Shown here one piece after another: positions 1-9,102 of a stretch of DNA of 64,000 bases. The position numbers were made by a program, and so were the translations under genes. Each line of letters starts with the position of its first letter. Position 1 is the stretch's first letter. Below the pieces are notes generated by a model that was not told the DNA's origin, made no database searches, and worked only from the letters and a program-made list of their open reading frames with translations. This DNA comes from an uncultured bacterium (lineage in GTDB: Bacteria > Armatimonadota > Abditibacteriia > Abditibacteriales > Abditibacteriaceae): NCBI GenBank assembly GCA_963843795.1, contig CAWJLW010000006.1:2616375-2680374 (forward strand), in the 5' to 3' direction.

Positions 1-428
1 ATGGCGTGCGCTTGTTCCAAAGCGCTGCGAATTTCCTGCTCGCGCGCGCCAAATTCCAGCCATTTTTCCAACAAATCATCCAATTTATCGACGATGGGAC
101 GAAACCATTGCGGATCGTCATCGATCTTCGCGGCGACACTCTCGCGCACATTTTCCAAACGAATCCAACGCGCCTGCATCACCGCCGAAAGTTGAGAGAG
201 ATAAAGACGTTTCACAACCGCTCGCCGTTCGTGCTCGCCTTCTTCGTTGCGCTCTGCGAGGCGCGCGCGATACCAGCTGGAATTAGGCACCAAAACCAGA
301 TACAAACCTTCCAGAGCCACGCCCAGAAGCAAAGGTCGCACATCTGTGGTCGCCGCTGCCAGCGTCGCGGTGGTCGCCAGCGCCACGACATTGACGTTTT
401 CTTTGAACGCAGCCCAAAATCTGTTCAT
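1..428 (-). CDS. Hypothetical membrane-anchored protein, runs off the window start
   Basis: Not in the ORF track. Manual minus-strand translation from ATG at 428 is open to the edge: MNRFWAAFKENVNVVALATTATLAAATTDVRPLLLGVALEGLYLVLVPNSSWY... (hydrophobic N-terminus, then charged helices). The + strand ORFs here are its antisense shadow. Confidence 0.7.
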   Translation of the reverse strand, partial: MNRFWAAFKENVNVVALATTATLAAATTDVRPLLLGVALEGLYLVLVPNSSWYRARLAERNEEGEHERRAVVKRLYLSQLSAVMQARWIRLENVRESVAAKIDDDPQWFRPIVDKLDDLLEKWLEFGAREQEIRSALEQAHA

Positions 429-472
429 CGCTTCATTTTGCAATAATCAGCATCTGCAAGTACTTGCACGCT

Positions 473-1978
473 TTACAATCCATACAAATCGCCGTACTTA
501 CCTTGCAAGTACTTGCAGTAAGGTTCGATATCCAAAGCGCGGCCCGTCGCGCGCTCGACCAATTCCGCCGCCGTCCACACGCTGCCGCTTTGATACACAT
601 TATCACGCAACCATCCCAAAAGTGCGCTGTATTCGCCGCGCGCAATATCGTTGGAAATTTGCGGTTGAGCTTTTAAGGCGGCTTCATAGAATTGAGCCGA
701 TAAAATGTTGCCGAGCGTATAGCCTTGAAACGCGCCGCCAATCGTGCCGCCAAACCAATGTACATCTTGCAAACAACCGTCGCTGTCATCATCGGACGCA
801 ACACCTAAATCGGAACGGTAACGTTCGCGCCATGCATCGGGCAAGTCGGAAACTTCGAGCGAACCGTCCAACAAGGCCAACTCTAAATCGAAACGAATCA
901 TGACGTGCAGATTGTAAGTCACTTCGTCGGCATCGGTGCGAATGAGGGACGGCGCCACGCGATTGATGGCGCGATACCAATCGTCAACGGAAACATCACC
1001 AAGTTGAGACGGAAATTGATTTTGCAAATCCGAAAACCAGTGTGCCCAGAAACCTCGCGAGCGACCGACCAAATTTTCCCACAAGCGCGATTGCGCTTCG
1101 TGAACGCCCGAACTGGTGCCATTGGCCAGCGGCGTGGCTTCGTAATCGAGATTGATATTCTGCTCATAAAGCGCGTGCCCAGCTTCATGAAACGTCGAAA
1201 ACAAGGCTTCGGTCAGGTCGTCGTCTTTAACGCGCGTAGTGATGCGCACATCGCCCAGAGAAAACTTGGTCATGAACGGATGCGGCGTTTCGTCCTGACG
1301 ACCACGCGTGAAATCGTAGCCAAAACGGCCGATCACGGTTTCGGCCCACGCGATTTGTTCGGCACCGGGATAATTGCGACCTAAAAACGCCGTTTTCGGC
1401 TCGTCTTTTTCGGCAATTTGTGCGACCATCGGCACCAAACGTTCACGCAGCGGATCGAACATCTTGCGCACGCTTTCGACCGTCATGCCTTCATCGGAAA
1501 AATCGATTAGCGGATCGGCGATGTGCGCGTATCCGGGATAAAAGTTTGCCAATTCGCGCGATAAATCCAAGGTGCGCCTGAAATCGTCTTCGACGCTTTT
1601 CCAATCGTTATCGGGCCGCGCGCGCGTCCAATTTTGATACGCTTCGCTGAGATGATCGCTCAAGCGTGCTTCAAATTCTGCCGGAACCCGCGTCGCGCGC
1701 TCCCATTGTCGTTGCGTGACGCGAATCAAAGCCGCTTCGAAATTTGCGGGGTCGCTATCTTTTTCCAGCGGCTGCAATTCATCCAACCAGCGCCCAACTT
1801 GCGGATCAATAAATTTTTCGTGTGCCAAACGATTCAAGGTCGATAGCTGACGACCACGCGCAGGGGCGCCGCCGGGCGGCATATAGGTCGATTGATCCCA
1901 GTGCAAAAGCGCGCTCGCGCCGTGCAAATCATCGACTTCGCGCAGACGATTTTTCAAGTTTTCCAAAGTTGTATTCAT
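473..1978 (-). CDS. Carboxypeptidase Taq family (peptidase M32)
   Basis: 501 aa; WDQSTYMPPGG N-terminus, HPF, HEAGH zinc motif, HEAQS, IRTDADE, GCLQDVHW, YTLGN. Confidence 0.95.
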   Translation of the reverse strand: MNTTLENLKNRLREVDDLHGASALLHWDQSTYMPPGGAPARGRQLSTLNRLAHEKFIDPQVGRWLDELQPLEKDSDPANFEAALIRVTQRQWERATRVPAEFEARLSDHLSEAYQNWTRARPDNDWKSVEDDFRRTLDLSRELANFYPGYAHIADPLIDFSDEGMTVESVRKMFDPLRERLVPMVAQIAEKDEPKTAFLGRNYPGAEQIAWAETVIGRFGYDFTRGRQDETPHPFMTKFSLGDVRITTRVKDDDLTEALFSTFHEAGHALYEQNINLDYEATPLANGTSSGVHEAQSRLWENLVGRSRGFWAHWFSDLQNQFPSQLGDVSVDDWYRAINRVAPSLIRTDADEVTYNLHVMIRFDLELALLDGSLEVSDLPDAWRERYRSDLGVASDDDSDGCLQDVHWFGGTIGGAFQGYTLGNILSAQFYEAALKAQPQISNDIARGEYSALLGWLRDNVYQSGSVWTAAELVERATGRALDIEPYCKYLQGKYGDLYGL

Positions 1979-2017
1979 AATGTTCGCTGCAAGTACTTGC
2001 AGAACGTTTTTTGATAT

Positions 2018-2746
2018 TTACTCGCATTCCGCCGCATACGTCGTGCCCGGATGATCGCGCGGATGTTCGATGCGCGGTGCGCCTTGCGAGGGCGAGCCGT
2101 AGCGCGCGCGCGCATCGACGAGTTCTTGCGCGCGCGCGGGCGAAAAGACATTTTCGCGGCCTAACTGGCGCGCGACGAGCGAGATTTTGGCGAAATGTTC
2201 GACCATTTCCATCTTGTGATACGCTTCTAGAATATCGCGCCCCAAAGTTGTTACGCCATGATTGGCCAGCAAAAACGCGTCGTAATCGTGGACGTAATTT
2301 GCCAGCAAATCGCGCATCAATTCTGGCGTGCCGGGCGCGCCATATTTCACGAGCGGAACCGCGCCCAGATAAATCACCGCTTCAGGCAACAAGGCACGGT
2401 CGAGTGGCAAACCTGCGACAGCGAAACCAGTTGCGGTCGGCGGATGGGCGTGAACGACGGCGCGCACGTCGGGACGCGCTTCGTAAAACGCTAAATGCAT
2501 TCCGATTTCACTCGACGGGCGACCTTCGCCGCGCGCGACTTCGCCCTGTCGATTCACGACGACCAAAGATTCGGGACAAAGAAAACCTTTGGAAACGCTG
2601 GCAGGCGTAACCAAAATATCCGTGTCGGATAAAAGCAGCGACAGATTGCCATCATTGGCAGCGATATATTCGCGCTGCCAGATGCGCCGCCCAATTTCGC
2701 ACATCAATTGCCGCGCTTCGGTTTCGTTGATTGATTGGTTATTCAT
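2018..2746 (-). CDS. Class II aldolase/adducin family protein (L-fuculose-phosphate aldolase-like)
   Basis: DGNLS, PSSE..MH, HAHP and LLANHG metal-binding motifs; start placed at MNNQ (2746), not the longer ORF-track start. Confidence 0.9.
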   Translation of the reverse strand: MNNQSINETEARQLMCEIGRRIWQREYIAANDGNLSLLLSDTDILVTPASVSKGFLCPESLVVVNRQGEVARGEGRPSSEIGMHLAFYEARPDVRAVVHAHPPTATGFAVAGLPLDRALLPEAVIYLGAVPLVKYGAPGTPELMRDLLANYVHDYDAFLLANHGVTTLGRDILEAYHKMEMVEHFAKISLVARQLGRENVFSPARAQELVDARARYGSPSQGAPRIEHPRDHPGTTYAAECE

Positions 2747-2873
2747 AAAAATCATCTGCAAGTACTTGCAAGCCAAATGAGAACGTAGTTTGCCTTTTTC
2801 AAGCGCTAAAGCATAGACGCGGCGCGCAATTGGCTGTGATGCGACAACAGAAAACTCATTTTCGGAGGAATTT

Positions 2874-3215
2874 ATGACCGCCTTGCACAACGATCTCGAC
2901 CCGCTCGAACACACTTCCGGCGAAGCGCCGCATTTGGAAATGGAAGCCGATTCGCCTTCTTCGCAAGCTGACGCTGGCTTGCTAACCGACCCGGCAATTT
3001 CCGACACCGACTTCAGCGACGACGAAATGGAAATTCCCATGGCCGATTTGGATATCGAAAGTTTGGATGATCCGGTCACGCAGAACACGGTGCGTTCGCC
3101 GACGATGGACGCGCCCGACACGCCCGGCCAGATCGACATCGAAGCTCTCGGCGACTTCGATCTCGATGGCACCGATTTGCCAGCCGATGCGCGGCTCGAT
3201 CCAATTGAAGAATAA
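2874..3215 (+). CDS. Small, highly acidic hypothetical protein
   Basis: 113 aa, D/E/P-rich; GGAGG RBS just upstream of the ATG. Confidence 0.7.
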   Translation: MTALHNDLDPLEHTSGEAPHLEMEADSPSSQADAGLLTDPAISDTDFSDDEMEIPMADLDIESLDDPVTQNTVRSPTMDAPDTPGQIDIEALGDFDLDGTDLPADARLDPIEE

Positions 3216-3344
3216 GAGCTTGCAAGTACTTGCGGCTTCCAACAAAGACAGCGAAGATTGAACGATTTTCGCTGTCTTTTTCGCGTGTCGCGGCACGATG
3301 TGCAGTAAAATACCAGAGCGTCAACTTTTAATTTTGGTATTTTT

Positions 3345-5264
3345 ATGGCCGCTCCCGCATCACCTCGTCGCTTCGACCGCACCGGTTGGGGTATCGGCGA
3401 TTCTGCTCTCATCAAACGTCGCGCCTGGACTTCGATTGGAATTTTAGCGCTCGTTTTCTTCGGTTTATTGTTGCGTCTCTGGTATCTTCAAGTCGTCGAA
3501 GGCGCCGAATATCTCGCTATGGCGCAGCAAAATCGCGTGCGCCGCGTTCCTTTGGCCGCGCCGCGCGGCCTGATTCTCGACCGTTACAAAAACGTGCTCG
3601 CCACTTCGCGCACCACTCATTCGGTTGCCGTTGTGCCAGCCGCGCTGCCCTCGGCCAAGCGCGATGCCGAAGGCCGCGCGCGCGTTTTGCAAACGCTGGG
3701 CTTTTTATTGAAACAAACGCCCGCTGAAATTGAAGCCAAAATAGACACCGCCCTCGCTTCGGCTAATGTTCATCCGTATGACCCAATTCGTATCGCCGAA
3801 GATGCCGATTATAAAACGCTCACTCTCATCGAAGAAAACAAACCGCGTCTTGGCCCGGCAGTTTTGGTGACCGATGACCTTTTGCGTTCTTATCCCAACG
3901 GCAAATTGGCAGCGCACGTTTTGGGCTATACCGGCAGCGTGACCGAGCGTGATTTGGAACGCAACAAAGAAGCGCTGGAAATCGACGACGCAGTGCGCGA
4001 GCTGGGCTACGACGATACCATCGGTAAAAGCGGCGTCGAGAAAATCTACGACCGCCAACTCTCAGGAGAACGCGGTGCCAAGCAATATCTGGTCGATTCG
4101 CGTTCGCGTCCAGTACAATCGCTGGCTTCGTTGGAAGAAAAGCCCGGTAACACGCTGCAACTCACGCTCGATTCCCGTTTGCAACGCGCAGCTGAAGAAG
4201 GCTTGGCCAAGGCGCGCAATAGCGGCGCGGTCGCAGTGATTGATGTGCGCGATGGTTCGGTGCTGGCTTTAGCATCCAATCCGACATTCGACCCGAATAT
4301 GTTTTCGCTCAAAGGCAAAGCCTTTCGCGCGGCTTACAATCAGATCGTCAACAATCCGAAACATCCCTTAATCGACCGTGCCGTGAGCAGTCGTTGGCCG
4401 CCGGGCAGCACGTTCAAAATGATTACTGCTGCGGCAGGATTGCAGCAAGGCAGTATCACGCCGCACGATGCGTGGAATTGTGGTGGAGGTTTGCGCATGG
4501 GCCGCTTTTTCGGCTGTTGGAAAGTTCATGGCGCGAACGTGAACCTCAATCGCGCCATCGCCGAATCGTGCGACGTTTATTTTTATCAAGCGGCTTTAAA
4601 AATGGGCGATCCCGAAAGCACTGGCCCAACCTATTTGGCCAAAGTCGCCCGCCGTTTCGGTCTGGGTAGCGAAAGTGGCATTGATTTGACAGGTGAGTCG
4701 TCTGGCCTGATTCCCGATCCCGCGTGGCGGCGCGAATACAATCGCAAGCGTCCGCAATTGCAGCATTGGTATCCGGGCAACACCTTGAACATGAGCATCG
4801 GACAGGGCGATGTTTTGGCGACGCCGCTGCAAATGGCGGTCGCCACCGCCGCGATTGCCAACGGTGGTTTTCGTGTGCGCCCACATTTATTGAAAGCGAT
4901 TCGCGACGTGAATGGGCGCGAAATCGAAAAGCCGACTCTTGAACGTACTTCGATTGGTATCGACGCGCGCTATATCGCGCAAATCGCGCAGGGAATGCGT
5001 GCGACTGTTACGAAGGGCACCGCGCGCGGAATCGCGCTGCCACAAGTTTCAATTGCCGGCAAAACTGGTTCGGCGGAAGACGCCAACAATGCGCTGCCGC
5101 ATGCGTGGTTCGTGGCGTTTGCGCCGTATGATAAGCCGCAAATTGCAATTGCGGCGATTGTCGAGAATTCTGGTCACGGCAGTGAAAACTCGGTTCCACT
5201 GTGCAAAGCCGTTCTCGAAGCCGCGTTTCCTGCACCGAAAACAACTGCACCCAAAAAACCGTAA
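3345..5264 (+). CDS. mrdA: Penicillin-binding protein 2 (class B transpeptidase)
   Basis: N-terminal TM then LWYLQV; APRGLILDR; SxxK (PGSTFK), SxD (SCDVYF), KTG. Confidence 0.93.
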   Translation: MAAPASPRRFDRTGWGIGDSALIKRRAWTSIGILALVFFGLLLRLWYLQVVEGAEYLAMAQQNRVRRVPLAAPRGLILDRYKNVLATSRTTHSVAVVPAALPSAKRDAEGRARVLQTLGFLLKQTPAEIEAKIDTALASANVHPYDPIRIAEDADYKTLTLIEENKPRLGPAVLVTDDLLRSYPNGKLAAHVLGYTGSVTERDLERNKEALEIDDAVRELGYDDTIGKSGVEKIYDRQLSGERGAKQYLVDSRSRPVQSLASLEEKPGNTLQLTLDSRLQRAAEEGLAKARNSGAVAVIDVRDGSVLALASNPTFDPNMFSLKGKAFRAAYNQIVNNPKHPLIDRAVSSRWPPGSTFKMITAAAGLQQGSITPHDAWNCGGGLRMGRFFGCWKVHGANVNLNRAIAESCDVYFYQAALKMGDPESTGPTYLAKVARRFGLGSESGIDLTGESSGLIPDPAWRREYNRKRPQLQHWYPGNTLNMSIGQGDVLATPLQMAVATAAIANGGFRVRPHLLKAIRDVNGREIEKPTLERTSIGIDARYIAQIAQGMRATVTKGTARGIALPQVSIAGKTGSAEDANNALPHAWFVAFAPYDKPQIAIAAIVENSGHGSENSVPLCKAVLEAAFPAPKTTAPKKP

Positions 5265-5364
5265 TCCAGCGCGCTGCAAGTACTTGCAACACAATATTCG
5301 ACCCTAAACGCGGCCACGAAACTCAATTTTGTGGCTGCGTTTCTCATTTACAGGTTTGACTTTT

Positions 5365-6201
5365 ATGCAAATTCCTGATGCAGAATTACCGCAAAACACG
5401 CCGCCGGAACTTATCAAGCGCGATTTGGACGCCGAGCGTTATGAATTATTGACCCAAATCGAGGATCGGTTGGAAACGCCGCTACTGGTGCTGGGGCTGG
5501 CGTGGCTTGTGCTGCTAATTATCGAGTTCACACGCGGCAGCAGACCAGTGTTAGACATTTTGACCAACATTATTTGGATTGTTTTCATCATTGATTTCGC
5601 CGTCAAAATGATGCTGGCGCCAGACAAAATCAATTATCTCAAAAACCATTGGCTGACCGTCATTTCGCTTGCCGTGCCTGCATTACGCATTTTTCGTATC
5701 GCGCGCGTGGTGCGATTGCTGCGCGTGGCGCGCACCGTACGCGGATTGCGTTTACTACGTCTGGTCGGCTCACTCAATCGCGGAATGCGCGCTCTCAGCG
5801 CCACGATGGGACGACGCGGTTTCATTTATATAATTTTATTGACGCTTATCATCACGTTCGCTGGCGCAGCGGGCATTTACACGTTTGAAAACGACAACGC
5901 GCCGCGGGCCATGACTTCTTACTGGGACGCACTGTGGTGGACGGCAATGTTGATGACAACTCTGGGTTCAGATTATTCGCCGCAAACCGGCGAAGGCCGC
6001 GTGTTATGTTTTCTACTGGCGCTCTATGCATTTACCGTTTTCGGCTATGTAACGGCGACATTAGCAACATTTTTCATCGGGCGCGATGCCGAAAATAAGG
6101 ACACCGAATTGGCCGGTTCAGGAGAAATCACGCAACTGCTGAGCGAAGTGCGCGCTCTGCGCGAAGAAGTACGCGGCTTGCGGCAAACCAACGAAACCTA
6201 A
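5365..6201 (+). CDS. Ion transporter / voltage-gated K+ channel-like protein (6TM)
   Basis: Multiple TM helices, Arg-periodic S4 (RIFRIARVVRLLRVAR), pore helix YWDALWWTAMLMTTLGSD. Confidence 0.85.
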   Translation: MQIPDAELPQNTPPELIKRDLDAERYELLTQIEDRLETPLLVLGLAWLVLLIIEFTRGSRPVLDILTNIIWIVFIIDFAVKMMLAPDKINYLKNHWLTVISLAVPALRIFRIARVVRLLRVARTVRGLRLLRLVGSLNRGMRALSATMGRRGFIYIILLTLIITFAGAAGIYTFENDNAPRAMTSYWDALWWTAMLMTTLGSDYSPQTGEGRVLCFLLALYAFTVFGYVTATLATFFIGRDAENKDTELAGSGEITQLLSEVRALREEVRGLRQTNET

Positions 6202-6206
6202 ATCAG

Positions 6207-6236
6207 AAGCGCGCTGCAAGTACTTGCAGCGCGCTT
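6207..6236. terminator. Palindrome-centred hairpin between the converging channel gene and mscL
   Basis: AAGCGCGC-TGCAAGTACTTGCA-GCGCGCTT, a perfect 30-bp palindrome. Confidence 0.65.
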
Positions 6237-6240
6237 GGAA

Positions 6241-6612
6241 TTATTTTTTGGCTGCAATTTGCTCCAAGAGCGCAATAATTTTTTCGTTTTGCTCGACATT
6301 TTGCGCCGCCAAATCGGGCTTTTGCGGATCATCTGCAGGCTTTTGAATTTTATTGGCGGCTTTAACAATAAGAAACAACACAAAGGCCACGATCAAAAAT
6401 TGCAGCACGTTATTGATAAAACTGCCAACGCCCAGCGGCCCGATTTTAAAATCGACAAACGCTTCGCCCGGCGTGACCGGCGCGATGATGGGAGTAAGAA
6501 TGTCTTTGACAAACGAATCGACAATTTTGCCAAACGCCGCACCAATCAAAACCGCGACCGCCAAATCGAGCACGTTGCCTTTGGCGATAAATTTTTTGAA
6601 TTCTTGAAACAT
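6241..6612 (-). CDS. mscL: Large-conductance mechanosensitive channel
   Basis: MFQEFKKFIAKGNVLDLAVAVLIGAAFGKIVDSFVKDI. Confidence 0.96.
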   Translation of the reverse strand: MFQEFKKFIAKGNVLDLAVAVLIGAAFGKIVDSFVKDILTPIIAPVTPGEAFVDFKIGPLGVGSFINNVLQFLIVAFVLFLIVKAANKIQKPADDPQKPDLAAQNVEQNEKIIALLEQIAAKK

Positions 6613-6617
6613 AAAAG

Positions 6618-7595
6618 TTATTTTACTGTGCTTTTCAGGGCGTTGGGATTGCGATAAATCGCGTGGCACGAATCGCAAGTCTTCCCCACATTTTTAAACC
6701 CTGTTTCTGCTCGTTCGATGTTTTTCTCCCGCAATGCCGCTTCTAGTTCGGTGGTTGCGTTTTCCGCCGCGCTCATTTTTTCCCGAAAATCTTTTGATTT
6801 TTTCTGCACTTCCGGCGTGCGCATCAACTCGCGAAACGCTTCGCTCAATAACAACGCTTCGTGCGCTGCCTCCACATCAGAATGCTCGGGCGGCGCTTGC
6901 CAATTCGCTTTTTGCCCCGCGCCCAATGCGTCCCAGTGCCCGTCAATTTTCACCATCGCCGCCGCCAAATCCGGCAGTTTGACCGCAGAGGGAAACCCAT
7001 TGTCTGCTTTATCCAGTTCGCCTTTCGTCGGCATTTTCCATTCGCGCACCGCAGCCCACAAACCGGTGTACTGCTCGCCGGTACCCGCTTGTTTCATCGC
7101 TTCCAACGCTTGCTCGTTCGTCCAACCTTCATCGACCATCGCGGCGATAACCGCAGCAGTTGGTCCGCGATGAATGCCATGATGACAATGCACGAAAACC
7201 GGCCCTTCTAAATCGCGCACCGCGCGTGCGATTTCCAAACCCTGATCGCGCGTGATGCCACTGTATTCGACCGGAATATGCACATAACGAATGTCATATT
7301 TGGCCGCCAGTTTCGCGTCGGGCTGCGCGCCATCGACCGTCACAATCGTTTTCACACCTTGCTTTTGCAGCGCTGCAAAACCCGCATCACCCACCGGACA
7401 CGAACCGCTGATAATCTTTTTCCCCAACTTAAAACCGTTGTGAATCGGCCCCAAATCAATCGGCACAGCAGACCCCGTTAGCTTTTGCGTTGTGGTTGCC
7501 ATAGAATTTGGCGCTGAATTGTTGGCTTCAACCGCCCATGCGGTGGTAAGAGCGGCAACACTGACTGCGCCGAGCAGAAAGAGAGTTTTATGCAT
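6618..7595 (-). CDS. Secreted protein: PTP/DSP-like phosphatase-fold domain fused to a C-terminal cytochrome c'-like domain
   Basis: Signal peptide (MHKTLFLLGAVSVAALTTAWA), P-loop HCHHGIHRG (HCxxGxxR), helical C-terminal region ending CDSCH (CxxCH). Confidence 0.75.
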   Translation of the reverse strand: MHKTLFLLGAVSVAALTTAWAVEANNSAPNSMATTTQKLTGSAVPIDLGPIHNGFKLGKKIISGSCPVGDAGFAALQKQGVKTIVTVDGAQPDAKLAAKYDIRYVHIPVEYSGITRDQGLEIARAVRDLEGPVFVHCHHGIHRGPTAAVIAAMVDEGWTNEQALEAMKQAGTGEQYTGLWAAVREWKMPTKGELDKADNGFPSAVKLPDLAAAMVKIDGHWDALGAGQKANWQAPPEHSDVEAAHEALLLSEAFRELMRTPEVQKKSKDFREKMSAAENATTELEAALREKNIERAETGFKNVGKTCDSCHAIYRNPNALKSTVK

Positions 7596-7856
7596 GGATA
7601 CTTGCTGTTGGAATCGACGAAATAATGAAAGTACAGCACTGACCTTGGGGGGACATAGTCGCGCCCGAAAAAGATGAATTGTATCGGGCAAAAATACAGC
7701 GTTTTGCTGGAAGTAATTTCGATAACATCTTAATCTAAAATTTTCTTACGCTCAATTTTTGCAAAATTGACTATTCTGTGATATGTACAAGTTGAATTTC
7801 AGAACAGATGCTTTGGCGACTGCGACCAAATTTGAAAATAGGTATGGAGAAGTTTT

Positions 7857-9023
7857 ATGAGATTTGGTTCGTTCAAAAAATTGGCCGGTGCGATGTTATG
7901 TATTGCCATAGCCGTCTGTGGAGCGTCACAGAAACAGCCTGCTGCGTTTGGCAAACCCACGCCCACCGTTGCGCCCACGCCCACCGTTGCGCCCACGCCC
8001 ACGCCACTGCCAGCTTCAAATTCTGTCGCGATGGTGCCTTATCAAGACACGTGGGCGGATGCAGTGGAGCGTTGGTGGGACATTGGCTCTTACCGCTCGA
8101 GCAATCGGGATTACTATAATCAGTTTAACGATTGGATTTCGGCAAGTGCACCGAACGGAAATTTCGATTACGCTTCGCGAGCAGGTGGCGTAGTCTTGAC
8201 TTACAATTCAGCTCCCAACACGTCTTACTTTGTGGGTCATATTTCTGCATCTGGCCTCAAGCCTAACTTCGCCTACCAATTGAAGCTCACCGGAAAACCA
8301 GTCCGAGGGCCACGCGGTACCGGAACTGCCCAATCTTATGTATTGGCCACTTCGACATTGAAAAGCGGCGCTCCTGATTATCACGAAGTTCTCGATGTCA
8401 ATGGCAACGCCGTTCCGGTGAATGGCGACGATTGGACAAATCAGCAGTTGGGATACGCGGGCCGCTGGTGGAACGATTCCAATGCATCGGGCAACACCAA
8501 CGCCATCACCGACAGCGTCTATCAATCCAATGCCACTGACACCATTTACGGCTACCAGTTTATGGGCGATTTCGTCACCGATAAGTATGGCAAAGCCGAA
8601 GTGGACATCGATGGTAGCCGTACCTATCACATCACATGGCAAGAATGGCAAACCGGTCGCAAAGATGTGTTTTTCGGTACCTTTCCGATTTCTGGTTACA
8701 TGGATAGAAGCATCCCAACGCATTACTACGGTTACGGCTCGTTTGCGCCTTCGACCGGCAACGCCACGCGCCAGCAAAACGGCAAGACATCGGTCAAGCT
8801 ATATTACGAACTGGAAACGGGCCGCCCAAATCCGGTTGTTCTTCCCAGCGGCACCTATCATTGTCGATTGTTGATTACCGAAGAAACCTTTCACAATATG
8901 TATGGAGCCACCAACGCCTACCTGGGCGGTAAATGGAAAACCGTCATGGCTACAGAAGATTTCGACGCCGCAGGCAATCCGGATACGAATTCGCTCAACG
9001 ATATTGTGTTCACCATCAAATAG
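7857..9023 (+). CDS. Secreted hypothetical protein with Pro/Thr linker
   Basis: 388 aa; signal-like N-terminus, PTPTVAPTPTVAPTPTP linker, Y/W/G/N-rich body. Confidence 0.8.
   Translation: MRFGSFKKLAGAMLCIAIAVCGASQKQPAAFGKPTPTVAPTPTVAPTPTPLPASNSVAMVPYQDTWADAVERWWDIGSYRSSNRDYYNQFNDWISASAPNGNFDYASRAGGVVLTYNSAPNTSYFVGHISASGLKPNFAYQLKLTGKPVRGPRGTGTAQSYVLATSTLKSGAPDYHEVLDVNGNAVPVNGDDWTNQQLGYAGRWWNDSNASGNTNAITDSVYQSNATDTIYGYQFMGDFVTDKYGKAEVDIDGSRTYHITWQEWQTGRKDVFFGTFPISGYMDRSIPTHYYGYGSFAPSTGNATRQQNGKTSVKLYYELETGRPNPVVLPSGTYHCRLLITEETFHNMYGATNAYLGGKWKTVMATEDFDAAGNPDTNSLNDIVFTIK
7956..8004 (+). repeat. 18-bp coding tandem repeat (CCCACGCCCACCGTTGCG, about 2.5 copies)
   Basis: Directly visible; encodes PTPTVA repeats. 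Confidence 0.85.
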
Positions 9024-9044
9024 CGCTGACGATATTTCAGCCTC

Positions 9045-9096
9045 TTGAAATCAAAAACGCCCCTGCAAGTACTTGCAGGGGCGTTTTTGATTTCAA
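9045..9096. terminator. Palindrome-centred bidirectional terminator-like hairpin after fusA
   Basis: Perfect 52-bp palindrome TTGAAATCAAAAACGCCCC-TGCAAGTACTTGCA-GGGGCGTTTTTGATTTCAA between converging genes. Confidence 0.8.
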
Positions 9097-9102
9097 CAGA
9101 AC

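Noticed and set aside
2747..3415. N-terminal extension of the aldolase ORF (465 aa in the track), and similar extensions of recR, ppk2 and the Gfo/Idh/MocA gene
   Set aside because: The extensions run through intergenic palindromes (which have no stop in any frame) or opposite-strand genes; family homology starts at the downstream Met.
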